Source: Enhydrobacter sp. (lineage in GTDB: Bacteria > Pseudomonadota > Alphaproteobacteria > Reyranellales > Reyranellaceae). Taken from it: DNA of 64,000 bases. The notes under the pieces are model-generated. The model was not told the origin of the DNA. It saw only the letters and a list, made by a program, of their open reading frames with translations, and did no database searches. The DNA lies in the NCBI GenBank assembly GCA_025808875.1, contig CP075528.1, positions 1,546,473 through 1,610,472 of the forward strand, written 5' to 3'. This document shows, in pieces, positions 8,922 to 23,080 of this stretch. The position numbers were made by a program, and so were the translations under genes. Position 1 is the stretch's first letter, and the number at the start of each line of letters is the position of its first letter.

Positions 8922-9330
8922 AGATTCGCGTCCGGCGCTGGAATCGGGGGGTCGAATCGCCTTCCGATGCAGGTGCCATCGGCATCGGATGGAATCCATC
9001 GACCGAATTAGGTCCTTGTCAGTGAGTCGAGGTAAAATGCGCGCATGAGCACCCTGACCACACCCGGCCGCGAGGGCCGCGCGGGATTTCCCGTATCGAC
9101 GTTCTGCTTCGCCAATCGTCCGCCGACCCGTCCTCCCGACCCGTGACAGGAGGTTTCCGCAGTTCCCGCAGTTTGCGCAACGCACTCCAGGCGGAGGGCA
9201 GGCACACCACCCTGAGGGCGTCTCGGGCGGGTGCCCGCGACGTCGATTGTCCGGCGACGCCCCGCCGGAGGTTTGCGAGGTTTCCGAGGTTTCCGAGATC
9301 GATTTCCGCGATTTCCGCGATTTCCGCGAC
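8922..9330 (-). repeat. Intergenic repeat element, copy A: conserved core of about 145 nt plus three blocks of 9-bp tandem repeats
   Basis: Reverse complement aligns by hand with 49876-50152. Core 8946-9092 is about 85% identical to 49975-50120 and includes a 30-nt identical run. 9-mer arrays lie at 9151-9179, 9269-9295 and 9301-9327. Confidence 0.75.
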
Positions 9331-9447
9331 GGGGTTGGGGCACTCCACAGAGGTCGACAGGTCCACCTGACACGGTGCCGTCGCTCGATGCCCGACTACG
9401 CTCCCTATGAGAGGCGTCGCGACGCCCGGCAACTCGGGGTGCGGCTC

Positions 9448-9723
9448 TTAGTAGAAGCCGAACTTGCGCGGCTGCTGGGTCTCGTTGACACAGATGTAGC
9501 GGTCGGGAACGGCACGGCTCTTCCGATCTTCCTCGCACTTGTCGTAGCTGTACGGCCCACCATAGACGGACGGCCCGCCGCCGATCGTCGGATAGGGAAG
9601 CTCCAGATACCAGCCGGGACCGTTCCACGCCGAGGACGGGCTCTTGTCGCAGGCCGCCAGAAACGCGCCAGACGCCAACAAGGCCAGGATCGCCGGTATG
9701 CAAGAGGTACGCCGTCGCGACAT
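9448..9723 (-). CDS. Small lipoprotein of unknown function, 91 aa
   Basis: ATG at 9723 gives [25 protein letters not shown] with lipobox LAAC. The mature part is Gly/Pro/Tyr-rich with 2 further Cys. Confidence 0.65.
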   Translation of the reverse strand: MSRRRTSCIPAILALLASGAFLAACDKSPSSAWNGPGWYLELPYPTIGGGPSVYGGPYSYDKCEEDRKSRAVPDRYICVNETQQPRKFGFY

Positions 9724-9877
9724 CACGTCTCCGGGTTCGCAATACAATCGATTCAGAAGGTTACAAGGCCTCCTGCGCTGCAACAATCGCTTTCATGCCG
9801 GACGGGGGGTCGCTAATAATGCCTTCAAGCGACGCATCCGGGGGGATGCTGCCCAACCGACAGCAGCAGGCGTTTTG

Positions 9878-14521
<4,644 letters not shown>

Positions 14522-14588
14522 CGGCCCGTGGCCGTCATCCTGAGCCCTGGCGAGGGATCTGCGTCGCGCCTAAAGGGGAGTTGGTGAC

Positions 14589-16025
<1,437 letters not shown>

Positions 16026-16143
16026 GACGCGCGGCGCGGTTTCGCGCAATGGTTGTTGCGAGCTTTCGCTCCGGCTGCAATCTGTTCTAGTATGCAACCG
16101 GCAGCCGGGCTGTGGGGGCCGGGCGAGCGGGCTTGGGGATGCA

Positions 16144-16572
16144 ATGAATATCCTGCTGATTCAGGGCGCCAACATGGAATACCTCGGGCGCCGGCAGCCA
16201 GAATTGTACGGCACGACGACCGCCAGGGAACTCGATGCCCTGCTGCGGCGGCACGCCCGCCAGTTGGGCGTCGCGTTGGAGATATTCTACACCAACACCG
16301 AGGGCGAGGCGGTCTCGACCATCTTTCGCGCCGACCGCGCGGGTGTCGATGGCATCCTGTTCAATCCCGCCGGCTTTCTCCATGCCGGCCACGCGCTGCG
16401 CGACTGCCTGAAGTCGATCCGGGCGCCGGCCATCGAAATTCACATGACCAACATCGAGAAACGCGGCTATGGCTCGGCGACGTCGGAGGCCGCCGTCGGC
16501 ATGATCGCGGGCTTCGGCATCGACTCCTACGTGCTGGCGCTCGAGGCCATGGTCAAGCGCCTGCGCGGGTGA
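16144..16572 (+). CDS. aroQ: Type II 3-dehydroquinate dehydratase, 142 aa
   Basis: [23 protein letters not shown]..., FNPAGFLH and [10 protein letters not shown] are the classic AroQ motifs. Confidence 0.9.
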   Translation: MNILLIQGANMEYLGRRQPELYGTTTARELDALLRRHARQLGVALEIFYTNTEGEAVSTIFRADRAGVDGILFNPAGFLHAGHALRDCLKSIRAPAIEIHMTNIEKRGYGSATSEAAVGMIAGFGIDSYVLALEAMVKRLRG

Positions 16573-16637
16573 ACGGTTGACGGCGGCGATGAGCATCTCT
16601 TAGTTAACCGCAGGGTTTACTAGAAGAGGGAAAGCCG

Positions 16638-16991
16638 ATGAGCTACGTCGACGGTTACGTCCTGCCCGTTCCCAAGAAGAACCTCGCGGCCTATCGAAAG
16701 ATGGCGCGGTTGGCCGCCAGGGTGTGGCGCGACCACGGCGCGCTCGACTATCGCGAATGCGTCGGCGACGACATGAACGTCAAATTCGGCCTGCCGTTCG
16801 CCAAGCTCGTCAAGCCGAAGCCCGGCGAGGCGATCGTCTTTTCCTACGTCGTCTTCAAGTCGCGGGCGCATCGCGACAGGGTCAACGCCAGGGTGATGAG
16901 CGATCCGAGGCTCGCGCAGGCGCCGAAGACCATGCCGTTCGACTTCAAGCGCATGGCCTACGGCGGATTCAAGACGCTGGTCGCAGGCTGA
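16638..16991 (+). CDS. DUF1428-family protein, 117 aa
   Basis: MSYVDGYVLPVPKKNLAAYRKMA... matches my memory of the DUF1428 N-terminus. Confidence 0.75.
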   Translation: MSYVDGYVLPVPKKNLAAYRKMARLAARVWRDHGALDYRECVGDDMNVKFGLPFAKLVKPKPGEAIVFSYVVFKSRAHRDRVNARVMSDPRLAQAPKTMPFDFKRMAYGGFKTLVAG

Positions 16992-16994
16992 CCC

Positions 16995-17903
16995 TCAGTC
17001 TGGCGTCACACCGAAGCGCTTTTGCCAGAACTCGCGGCTTCGCCGTTCGCCGACGTCGCAGCCGAGCTCGTACACCGGGCGAACGAACTTGGTGTAGTCC
17101 TCGTCGTCGCCCTTGCGCCGCCGGTCGGCCTGGGCGAGCTGCGTGCCGTGGGCCAGTTTGCCCAATCCGGCGCGGTCGAAGTCCGACCGCGGTCCGCGAT
17201 CGACAATCTCCTGCAGAAGCTTCTTGCGGATCGCGCGGGGGAAGTCCTCGAAGTTTTGCGCCACTTCGACGAAGGAGCGCGGGCCGCCGATCACGCAATG
17301 GAGATAGTACCGGTCGAGGTCGGTTTCGTTGGGAAAGCCGAACGGGTTCGGCCGGTCGTTCATGATGGGCAGCCCGTTGATGACGATGCGCTCCTTGAGC
17401 GCCTCGTGGCGCATGTCAGTGACGAGGCCGCCGTCGTTGTTGGAGCCGTCGCCGGAGATGTCCAGCACCTTGCGCGTGGGCTCGTAGGGAAGCCGGCCGA
17501 ACAACGGAATGGCGTAGCGCAGCGCGCCGCTGATCGAGGTGCGGCGGGCGATTGAGATCGGCGCCCTCGACAGGCGCTGGGCGAAGGCATCGATGGCGGC
17601 TTCGCTGTCGAGCAGAGTCCAGTCGATCAGGAGCTTCTGCAGCCAGGCGTCGGACCACTCGAAATAGGCAACGGCGACCCGTCCGTTGGGGCCGCCCAGG
17701 ATGGCCCTGGCGATTGCCTTGTCCTGGAACGCCTGGACATAGCCATCGCGCTGCAGGCGGGCCTCGTCGGGATCGATGCTGCCGGAAATGTCCACCGCCA
17801 GCACAAGCGCGAGGTCGATCTCCTTCTTGTCCTGCGCGACGGCCGATACGGTCGAGGCCAGCACGGCCAGGAGAAAGAGGACGCAACGCCTGAGATGACG
17901 CAT
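16995..17903 (-). CDS. DUF1194 (vWA-like) secreted protein, 302 aa
   Basis: ATG at 17903 gives a signal peptide MRHLRRCVLFLLAVLASTVSAVA. The MIDAS-like DISGSID and DISGDGSNN motifs are typical of DUF1194. Confidence 0.8.
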   Translation of the reverse strand: MRHLRRCVLFLLAVLASTVSAVAQDKKEIDLALVLAVDISGSIDPDEARLQRDGYVQAFQDKAIARAILGGPNGRVAVAYFEWSDAWLQKLLIDWTLLDSEAAIDAFAQRLSRAPISIARRTSISGALRYAIPLFGRLPYEPTRKVLDISGDGSNNDGGLVTDMRHEALKERIVINGLPIMNDRPNPFGFPNETDLDRYYLHCVIGGPRSFVEVAQNFEDFPRAIRKKLLQEIVDRGPRSDFDRAGLGKLAHGTQLAQADRRRKGDDEDYTKFVRPVYELGCDVGERRSREFWQKRFGVTPD

Positions 17904-18032
17904 GGGCGGCTCCGCTCGTTGCGGACAACGACGCAAGAAACATACCGCCTCCCGAAAGCTCGGACCAGCCGCGCTCTGGACGAAGTCCGTGGATGGCCGC
18001 TAGCCTTGCCGGAAGACCAACGGAGGAAGCAC

Positions 18033-19241
18033 GTGGACCTGACCCTCAGCGTCGAAGACAGCGCCTTTCGCGACGAGGTCCGCGAGTTCCTCGACAGGAA
18101 CCTGACGGAAGATCTGCGCGAAGCCGGCCGCAAGACCGGCGGTGTCTTTGCCGAGTTTGCAGCCGGGCTGCGCTGGCACAAGGTGCTGGCGGCGCGTGGC
18201 TGGTCCGCGCCAACCTGGCCGGTGGAGTACGGCGGCACCGGCTGGAGCGCCACGCAGCGCTACATCTTCGCCCGCGAATGCATCGCCCAGGACGCGCCGC
18301 GCATCTTCAGCATGGGCATCCGCATGGTCGGGCCGGTGATCATGAAGTTCGGTACCCCCGAACAGAAGGCCAGGTACCTGCCGGGCATCGTCTCGGGCGA
18401 CATCGTGTTCTGCCAGGGCTATTCCGAGCCGGGATCGGGCTCCGACCTCGCCAGCCTCAAGACGCGTGCGGTGCGCGACGGCGACGACTACGTGATCAAC
18501 GGTACCAAGATCTGGACGACGGGCGCCCATGTCGCCAACCGCATGTTCTGCCTGGTGCGGACTTCGGCCGAGGGCAAGCCGCAGGACGGCATCTCCTTCG
18601 TGCTGATCGACTCGATGGAGGTACCTGGATTGGCGGTGAAGCCGATCGTCACGCTGGCCGGTGACCACGAGGTCAACCAGGTGTTTTTCGACAATGTGCG
18701 CACGCCGGTCGCCAACCGCATCGGCCCCGAGAACCAGGGCTGGACGGTGGCCAAGTACCTGCTCGAGTTCGAGCGCGGCGGCGATGCCTACACACCCAAC
18801 CTCCATGCGCGGATCGAGGACGTCAAACGCATCGCGCGCGAGGAGGCGGCCGACGGCTCGGGGCGCCTGATCGAGGATCGTTCCTTTGCCGAGCGCTTGG
18901 CCGAGACCGAAATCGACATCCAGGCGCTCGAGATGATCGAACTGCAGGTGCTCTCCGACCTCAGCAAGGGCCGCAACCCCGGTGCCGCTTCCTCGTCGAT
19001 GAAGATCAGAGGCAGCGAGACCCTGCAGAAACTCGACCATCTCGGTGTCGAGGCGCTGGCCTGGTATGCGTCTCCCTTCGAGCCCGGGGCGCGCTTGCTG
19101 GGGCACAACGAGCCGACCGTCACGCCGGAGTGGGGCGTCACCGCGATGCCCCTCTATCTCAACAACCGGGCCTCGACGATCTACGCCGGCTCGAACGAGA
19201 TCCAGCGCAACATCGTCGCCAAGGCGGTGCTCGCGCTGTGA
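18033..19241 (+). CDS. Acyl-CoA dehydrogenase family protein, 402 aa
   Basis: GTG at 18033 is preceded by GGAGGAA. Contains ACAD motifs (WSAPTWPVEYGG, FCQGYSEPGSGSDLASL, IYAGSNEIQRNIVA). The longer 448-aa reading is possible but unlikely. Confidence 0.85.
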   Translation: MDLTLSVEDSAFRDEVREFLDRNLTEDLREAGRKTGGVFAEFAAGLRWHKVLAARGWSAPTWPVEYGGTGWSATQRYIFARECIAQDAPRIFSMGIRMVGPVIMKFGTPEQKARYLPGIVSGDIVFCQGYSEPGSGSDLASLKTRAVRDGDDYVINGTKIWTTGAHVANRMFCLVRTSAEGKPQDGISFVLIDSMEVPGLAVKPIVTLAGDHEVNQVFFDNVRTPVANRIGPENQGWTVAKYLLEFERGGDAYTPNLHARIEDVKRIAREEAADGSGRLIEDRSFAERLAETEIDIQALEMIELQVLSDLSKGRNPGAASSSMKIRGSETLQKLDHLGVEALAWYASPFEPGARLLGHNEPTVTPEWGVTAMPLYLNNRASTIYAGSNEIQRNIVAKAVLAL

Positions 19242-19251
19242 GACCGGCGTT

Positions 19252-21081
19252 TCAGGCGGCGCGATCGACGGCGACGCCTCGTGCGATGACCTCGAGATCG
19301 GCCGGCCCCAGAGTCTCGCGTTGAAGCAGCGTCTGCGCCGTTTGCTCCAGTAGCGGACGATTGGCCTCGAGGATTGCGCGCGCCCGGCTCAGGGCGTCCC
19401 CGACGATCTCCTGGATGGCAGCGTCGATCTTGGCAGCCGTTGCCTCGCTATAGTGCCGTTCCCGCGCCATCATGCCGGGTACCGGCGTCAGAAATGGCGC
19501 AGGCTCGGCTTCGTAGGCGACTGGGCCCAGGTTGGGGACCATCCCGAAACGGGCAACCATCGAGCGCGCGATGTCGGTTGCCTTTTGGAGGTCGTCGGTG
19601 GCACCGGTGGAGATGGAGGTGAAGTGCATCATTTCGGCGGCGCGGCCGCCCATCAGCACCGTCACGCGCTGCCTTAGTTCGGGCTCGCTCATGAGGAAGC
19701 GATCCTCGATCGGTCGCTGGATGGTGTAGCCCAGCGCACCGATGCCGCGGGGGATGATCGAAACCTTCTGCACGGGATCCGCACCGGGCAGTGCCATCGC
19801 CACCAGGCTGTGGCCGACCTCGTGGAAAGCGATCCGCTCGCGTTCCGTCGCGGTCAGGATTCGGCTGCGCTTCTCCAGGCCGGCGACAATCCGTTCAATG
19901 GCCTGAGTAAAGTCTTCGAGGGCGACCGCGTCGGCGCCCCGACGCGTCGCCAAGAGTGCGGCCTCGTTTACGAGATTGGCGAGGTCGGCGCCGGTGAAGC
20001 CCGGCGTCAGGGCCGCTATCTGGCCAATGTCGACATTGGATGCCAAGCGGATCTTGCGGACATGCACCGTCAGGACGTCGGCGCGGCCCTTTCGGTCCGG
20101 TCGATCGACCAGCACCTGGCGGTCGAAGCGTCCAGCACGCAACAGGGCAGGGTCGAGAATCTCGGGCCGGTTGGTCGCCGCCAACAGGACAATTCCGGCC
20201 TTGGGATCGAAGCCGTCGAGCTCGGCGAGAAGCTGGTTGAGCGTTTGCTCCTTTTCGTCATGTCCACCGAGCATGAAGCTGCCGCGGGCGCGCCCCAGGG
20301 CATCCAGTTCGTCGATGAAGATGATGCAGGGGGCGTGGCCGCGCGCCTGTTCGAACAGGTCTCGCACGCGCGCTGCCCCGACGCCCACGAACATTTCGAC
20401 GAACTCGGATCCCGAGATGGAGAAGAACGGGACGCCGGCTTCACCAGCCACGGCGCGCGCGAGGAGTGTCTTGCCCGTGCCCGGCGGTCCGACCAACAGG
20501 ATGCCCTTGGGCAAACGGGCGCCCAGGCGGGCATGGGATTCGGGCTCCCTGAGGAACTCCACGATCTCGATCAGTTCGGCCTTGGCCTCGTCGACGCCGG
20601 CCACGTCGGCGAAGGTAACGCCGGTGCTCTTCTCCAGGTAGACGCGGGCCTTGCTCTTGCCGATCGCGAGGAGGCCGCCGCCCGGCCCCATCCCCGACTG
20701 CATGCGGCTGATGACGAGCAGCCAGATGCCGGCAAAAAGTGCCACCGGCAGTACCCAGGACAGGATGGCCTTCAGCCATCCCGTATCGGCCTCGGCTCGA
20801 TACTTTATCCTGTATTTCGCAAGGAAGTCGGCGACGTCGAGGGGCAGCCTGTCGGTGCGGAATTCGGGCTTCTCGTGAGCCGCAGGGTTGGCGAGGGTGC
20901 CGCGAATGTAGGTCTCGCCCACGGACACTTCGGCAACGCGGCCGGCATCGAGCATGCCGACGAACTCGCTGAAGGGGATGCGGTCGACTCGTTGCTGCTG
21001 CATCCAAACGTCGCGCAGGAGCGCGATGGCGACCACCGCCACCACGAGATACCAGAAGCTGAATTGATGCTCCCTTCGCAT
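19252..21081 (-). CDS. ftsH: FtsH-family ATP-dependent zinc metalloprotease (paralog-like), about 609 aa
   Basis: Two TM helices, Walker A GPPGTGKT, Walker [12 protein letters not shown] region and zinc site HEVGH. Start at 21081 (MRREHQF) or 21123 is ambiguous. Confidence 0.9.
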   Translation of the reverse strand: MRREHQFSFWYLVVAVVAIALLRDVWMQQQRVDRIPFSEFVGMLDAGRVAEVSVGETYIRGTLANPAAHEKPEFRTDRLPLDVADFLAKYRIKYRAEADTGWLKAILSWVLPVALFAGIWLLVISRMQSGMGPGGGLLAIGKSKARVYLEKSTGVTFADVAGVDEAKAELIEIVEFLREPESHARLGARLPKGILLVGPPGTGKTLLARAVAGEAGVPFFSISGSEFVEMFVGVGAARVRDLFEQARGHAPCIIFIDELDALGRARGSFMLGGHDEKEQTLNQLLAELDGFDPKAGIVLLAATNRPEILDPALLRAGRFDRQVLVDRPDRKGRADVLTVHVRKIRLASNVDIGQIAALTPGFTGADLANLVNEAALLATRRGADAVALEDFTQAIERIVAGLEKRSRILTATERERIAFHEVGHSLVAMALPGADPVQKVSIIPRGIGALGYTIQRPIEDRFLMSEPELRQRVTVLMGGRAAEMMHFTSISTGATDDLQKATDIARSMVARFGMVPNLGPVAYEAEPAPFLTPVPGMMARERHYSEATAAKIDAAIQEIVGDALSRARAILEANRPLLEQTAQTLLQRETLGPADLEVIARGVAVDRAA

Positions 21082-21166
21082 CGTTGCAGGATGCCGGCCG
21101 GGCCCTTGACGGCGCCTTGACACGCATCAAATGAAGGGGCCGTTACTTGTGGTTTGTTGAACGCCG

Positions 21167-22111
21167 ATGATGGATCCCTACGCCGTACTGGGCGTGCCCA
21201 AGACCGCCTCCCCGGATGACGTCCGCAAGGCGTTCCGCAAGCTTGCCAAGAAGTATCATCCCGACCTCAATCCGGGCGACAAGGGGGCCGAGGCCAGGTT
21301 CAAGGAGATCGGCCAGGCCAACGACCTGCTGTCCGATCCCGAGAAGCGCCGCCGCTTCGATGCCGGCGAGATCGACGCCTTGGGCCAGGAGGTACCGCCG
21401 CGCGGCTTCTATCGCGACGCGGCAGGCGGTGCGGACGGACGCAAGTACCGACGCGCCGGCGGCCACGAGTCCTTCGTCGACATGGGCGGCATCTTCTCGG
21501 AAATGTTCGGTGGTGGCAGCGGCGGCGCGCGCGGATTTCACTTCGAAGGCGGCGAAGGTTTCGAGTTCGGCGGACTTCCCGTGAGCTATTCCCTCAGTGT
21601 GCCGTTCCTGGTGGCGGCGCGCGGCGGCAAGCAGCGGGTCACGCTGCCCGACGGCCGCACGCTCGACATCGACGTTCCCGAAGGCACGACCGACCGGCAG
21701 ACGCTCCGACTCAAGGGTCAGGGCATGCCCGGCCGCGACGGCGGACCGCCGGGCGATGCCTATGTCGAGATCCACGTCCAGCCGCACGCCTTCTTCGAGC
21801 CGCGCGACAACGACGTTCACGTCGAGCTTCCGGTAACACTCGCCGAGGCCGCTCTCGGCGGCAAGGTGCGCGTGCCGACGGTTGGCGGCCCGGTCATGTT
21901 GAACGTGCCGCCCGGCTCGAACACCGGCACGTCGCTCCGGCTCAAGGGCCGCGGCCTGCTCGACCGCAAGTCGGGCCAGCGCGGCGACCAGTATGTCAGG
22001 CTCAAGATCGTGCTGCCCGACGCGCCCGACGACAAGCTCAGGGCGTTCCTGGAATCGTGGGAGGAGGGTCGAAAGCACGATCCGCGCGCGGCGATGGAGC
22101 AGTTCACATGA
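21167..22111 (+). CDS. cbpA: J-domain co-chaperone, CbpA-like (no Cys-rich zinc finger), 314 aa
   Basis: DPYAVLGVPKTASPDDVRKAFRKLAKKYHPDLN with the HPD motif and a DnaJ C-terminal beta domain. No CxxCxGxG repeats. Followed by a CbpM-like gene. Confidence 0.85.
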   Translation: MMDPYAVLGVPKTASPDDVRKAFRKLAKKYHPDLNPGDKGAEARFKEIGQANDLLSDPEKRRRFDAGEIDALGQEVPPRGFYRDAAGGADGRKYRRAGGHESFVDMGGIFSEMFGGGSGGARGFHFEGGEGFEFGGLPVSYSLSVPFLVAARGGKQRVTLPDGRTLDIDVPEGTTDRQTLRLKGQGMPGRDGGPPGDAYVEIHVQPHAFFEPRDNDVHVELPVTLAEAALGGKVRVPTVGGPVMLNVPPGSNTGTSLRLKGRGLLDRKSGQRGDQYVRLKIVLPDAPDDKLRAFLESWEEGRKHDPRAAMEQFT

Positions 22112-22440
22112 TCGGCCTCGAGGAGTTGCTGCGCGCGCGGGGCGGCCTGACGGTCGTGCATGTCGAGCGCTGGGTGGCCCGCGGCCTGCTGCGGCCGGGT
22201 GGCGCGCCGGGCGCCTGGCGCTTCGAGCGGATCGACGTGGCGCGCGCCTGCCTGCTGGCCGAGTTGACGGACGACCTCGCCATCGACGACGACACGCTCG
22301 AGGCGATGGTCGCGCTGATCGATCAAATCCATACGCTGCGTGAACAGCTCGGTTTGCTGGGGCGTGCGATCGCCGAGCAACCGCTCGCTTCGCGCGAGGC
22401 GATCGCCGCTGCCCTCGAACGGCTCGGCGGCGGGCGGTGA
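22108..22440 (+). CDS. cbpM: Chaperone-modulator CbpM-like (MerR-type HTH) protein, 110 aa
   Basis: ATG overlaps the cbpA stop (ATGA). Small MerR-like protein in the position conserved for cbpM. Confidence 0.65.
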   Translation: MIGLEELLRARGGLTVVHVERWVARGLLRPGGAPGAWRFERIDVARACLLAELTDDLAIDDDTLEAMVALIDQIHTLREQLGLLGRAIAEQPLASREAIAAALERLGGGR

Positions 22441-22452
22441 GGTCGGGCGCCG

Positions 22453-23037
22453 CTAGAACCCGCTTCGGCCGAGGTTCGTGACTTCGTCCAGGCGCTTCCG
22501 GATCGTCTGGCTCTTTGCGCCGCCGACGCCGCCGATCAGCGTGGCGCGCACGGGCCCGATGCCGACGAACTTCAGGATATTCCGCTCAAGGTTCTTGAGC
22601 CCATGGGCCCGGAAATACCAGCGATAGACGAAGGCTGGCATGCCCATGGTGACGATGACGCGCGCCGACCGACCCTTGAGATGCATCGTCGGAAGGCCGC
22701 TCGGCCGGTAGTCGAAGGCGAAGCCCGGCCGCAGCGTCTGCTCGAAGAACGCCTTCAGCACCGCCGGGATGTCGCCGAGCCACAGCGGGAAGACGACCAC
22801 CAGATGGTCGGCCCACAGGATGTCTTGTTGGGCAGCAACGATGGCGGCGGGTACCTTGCCCTTCTCAAATTCCGCCTGCGAACGAAGAAAGCCGAAATCG
22901 AGGCCGGCCACGTCGATGCGGCGCACGTCGTTGCCGGCGTCACGCGCACCTTCGGCGTAGGCCTCGGCCAGCGCATGGCACAGGCCCTTGCTGGAGGCAT
23001 CGGGATGACCGTTGAGGATCAGGATCTTTCGGGGCAT
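22453..23037 (-). CDS. Flavodoxin-like-fold NAD(P)H dehydrogenase (quinone), 194 aa
   Basis: MPRKILILNGHP..., HLVVVFPLWLGDIPAVLKAFFE typical of the Flavodoxin_2 / NQO family. Confidence 0.8.
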   Translation of the reverse strand: MPRKILILNGHPDASSKGLCHALAEAYAEGARDAGNDVRRIDVAGLDFGFLRSQAEFEKGKVPAAIVAAQQDILWADHLVVVFPLWLGDIPAVLKAFFEQTLRPGFAFDYRPSGLPTMHLKGRSARVIVTMGMPAFVYRWYFRAHGLKNLERNILKFVGIGPVRATLIGGVGGAKSQTIRKRLDEVTNLGRSGF

Positions 23038-23080
23038 GCGCGTGTGTTGCACGCTTCGCCGGCGGGGAAATTGATCTGCG

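Noticed and set aside
8901-9185. Conserved peptide-like translations of the repeat element (8901-9185 minus and 49810-50289 plus share ...SRAALAAGCG.GAHARILPR...).
   Set aside because: Differences between the copies are not concentrated at third codon positions. The frames run through 9-bp repeat arrays and lack ribosome-binding sites. Open frames are cheap at this GC content. Coding cannot be excluded without more copies.
9151-9327. Possible CRISPR array.
   Set aside because: The repeat unit is only 9 bp, there are no unique spacers, and no cas genes are in the window.
9413-9426. Palindrome GGCGTCGCGACGCC as terminator of the 91-aa lipoprotein gene.
   Set aside because: It offers only a 5-bp usable stem with a 4-nt loop and no downstream T-tract, which is too weak to call.
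16030-16100. Weak resemblance of GGTTTCGCGCAATGG...GCTTTCGCT downstream of gltD to the 9-mer arrays.
   Set aside because: Only one or two degenerate units are present and there is no core sequence. This is within chance.
21082-21166. RpoH/sigma-32-type promoter call for the ftsH/cbpA divergent region, based on the two CTTGAC hexamers.
   Set aside because: I could not find a convincing -10 element at the proper spacing for either hexamer.
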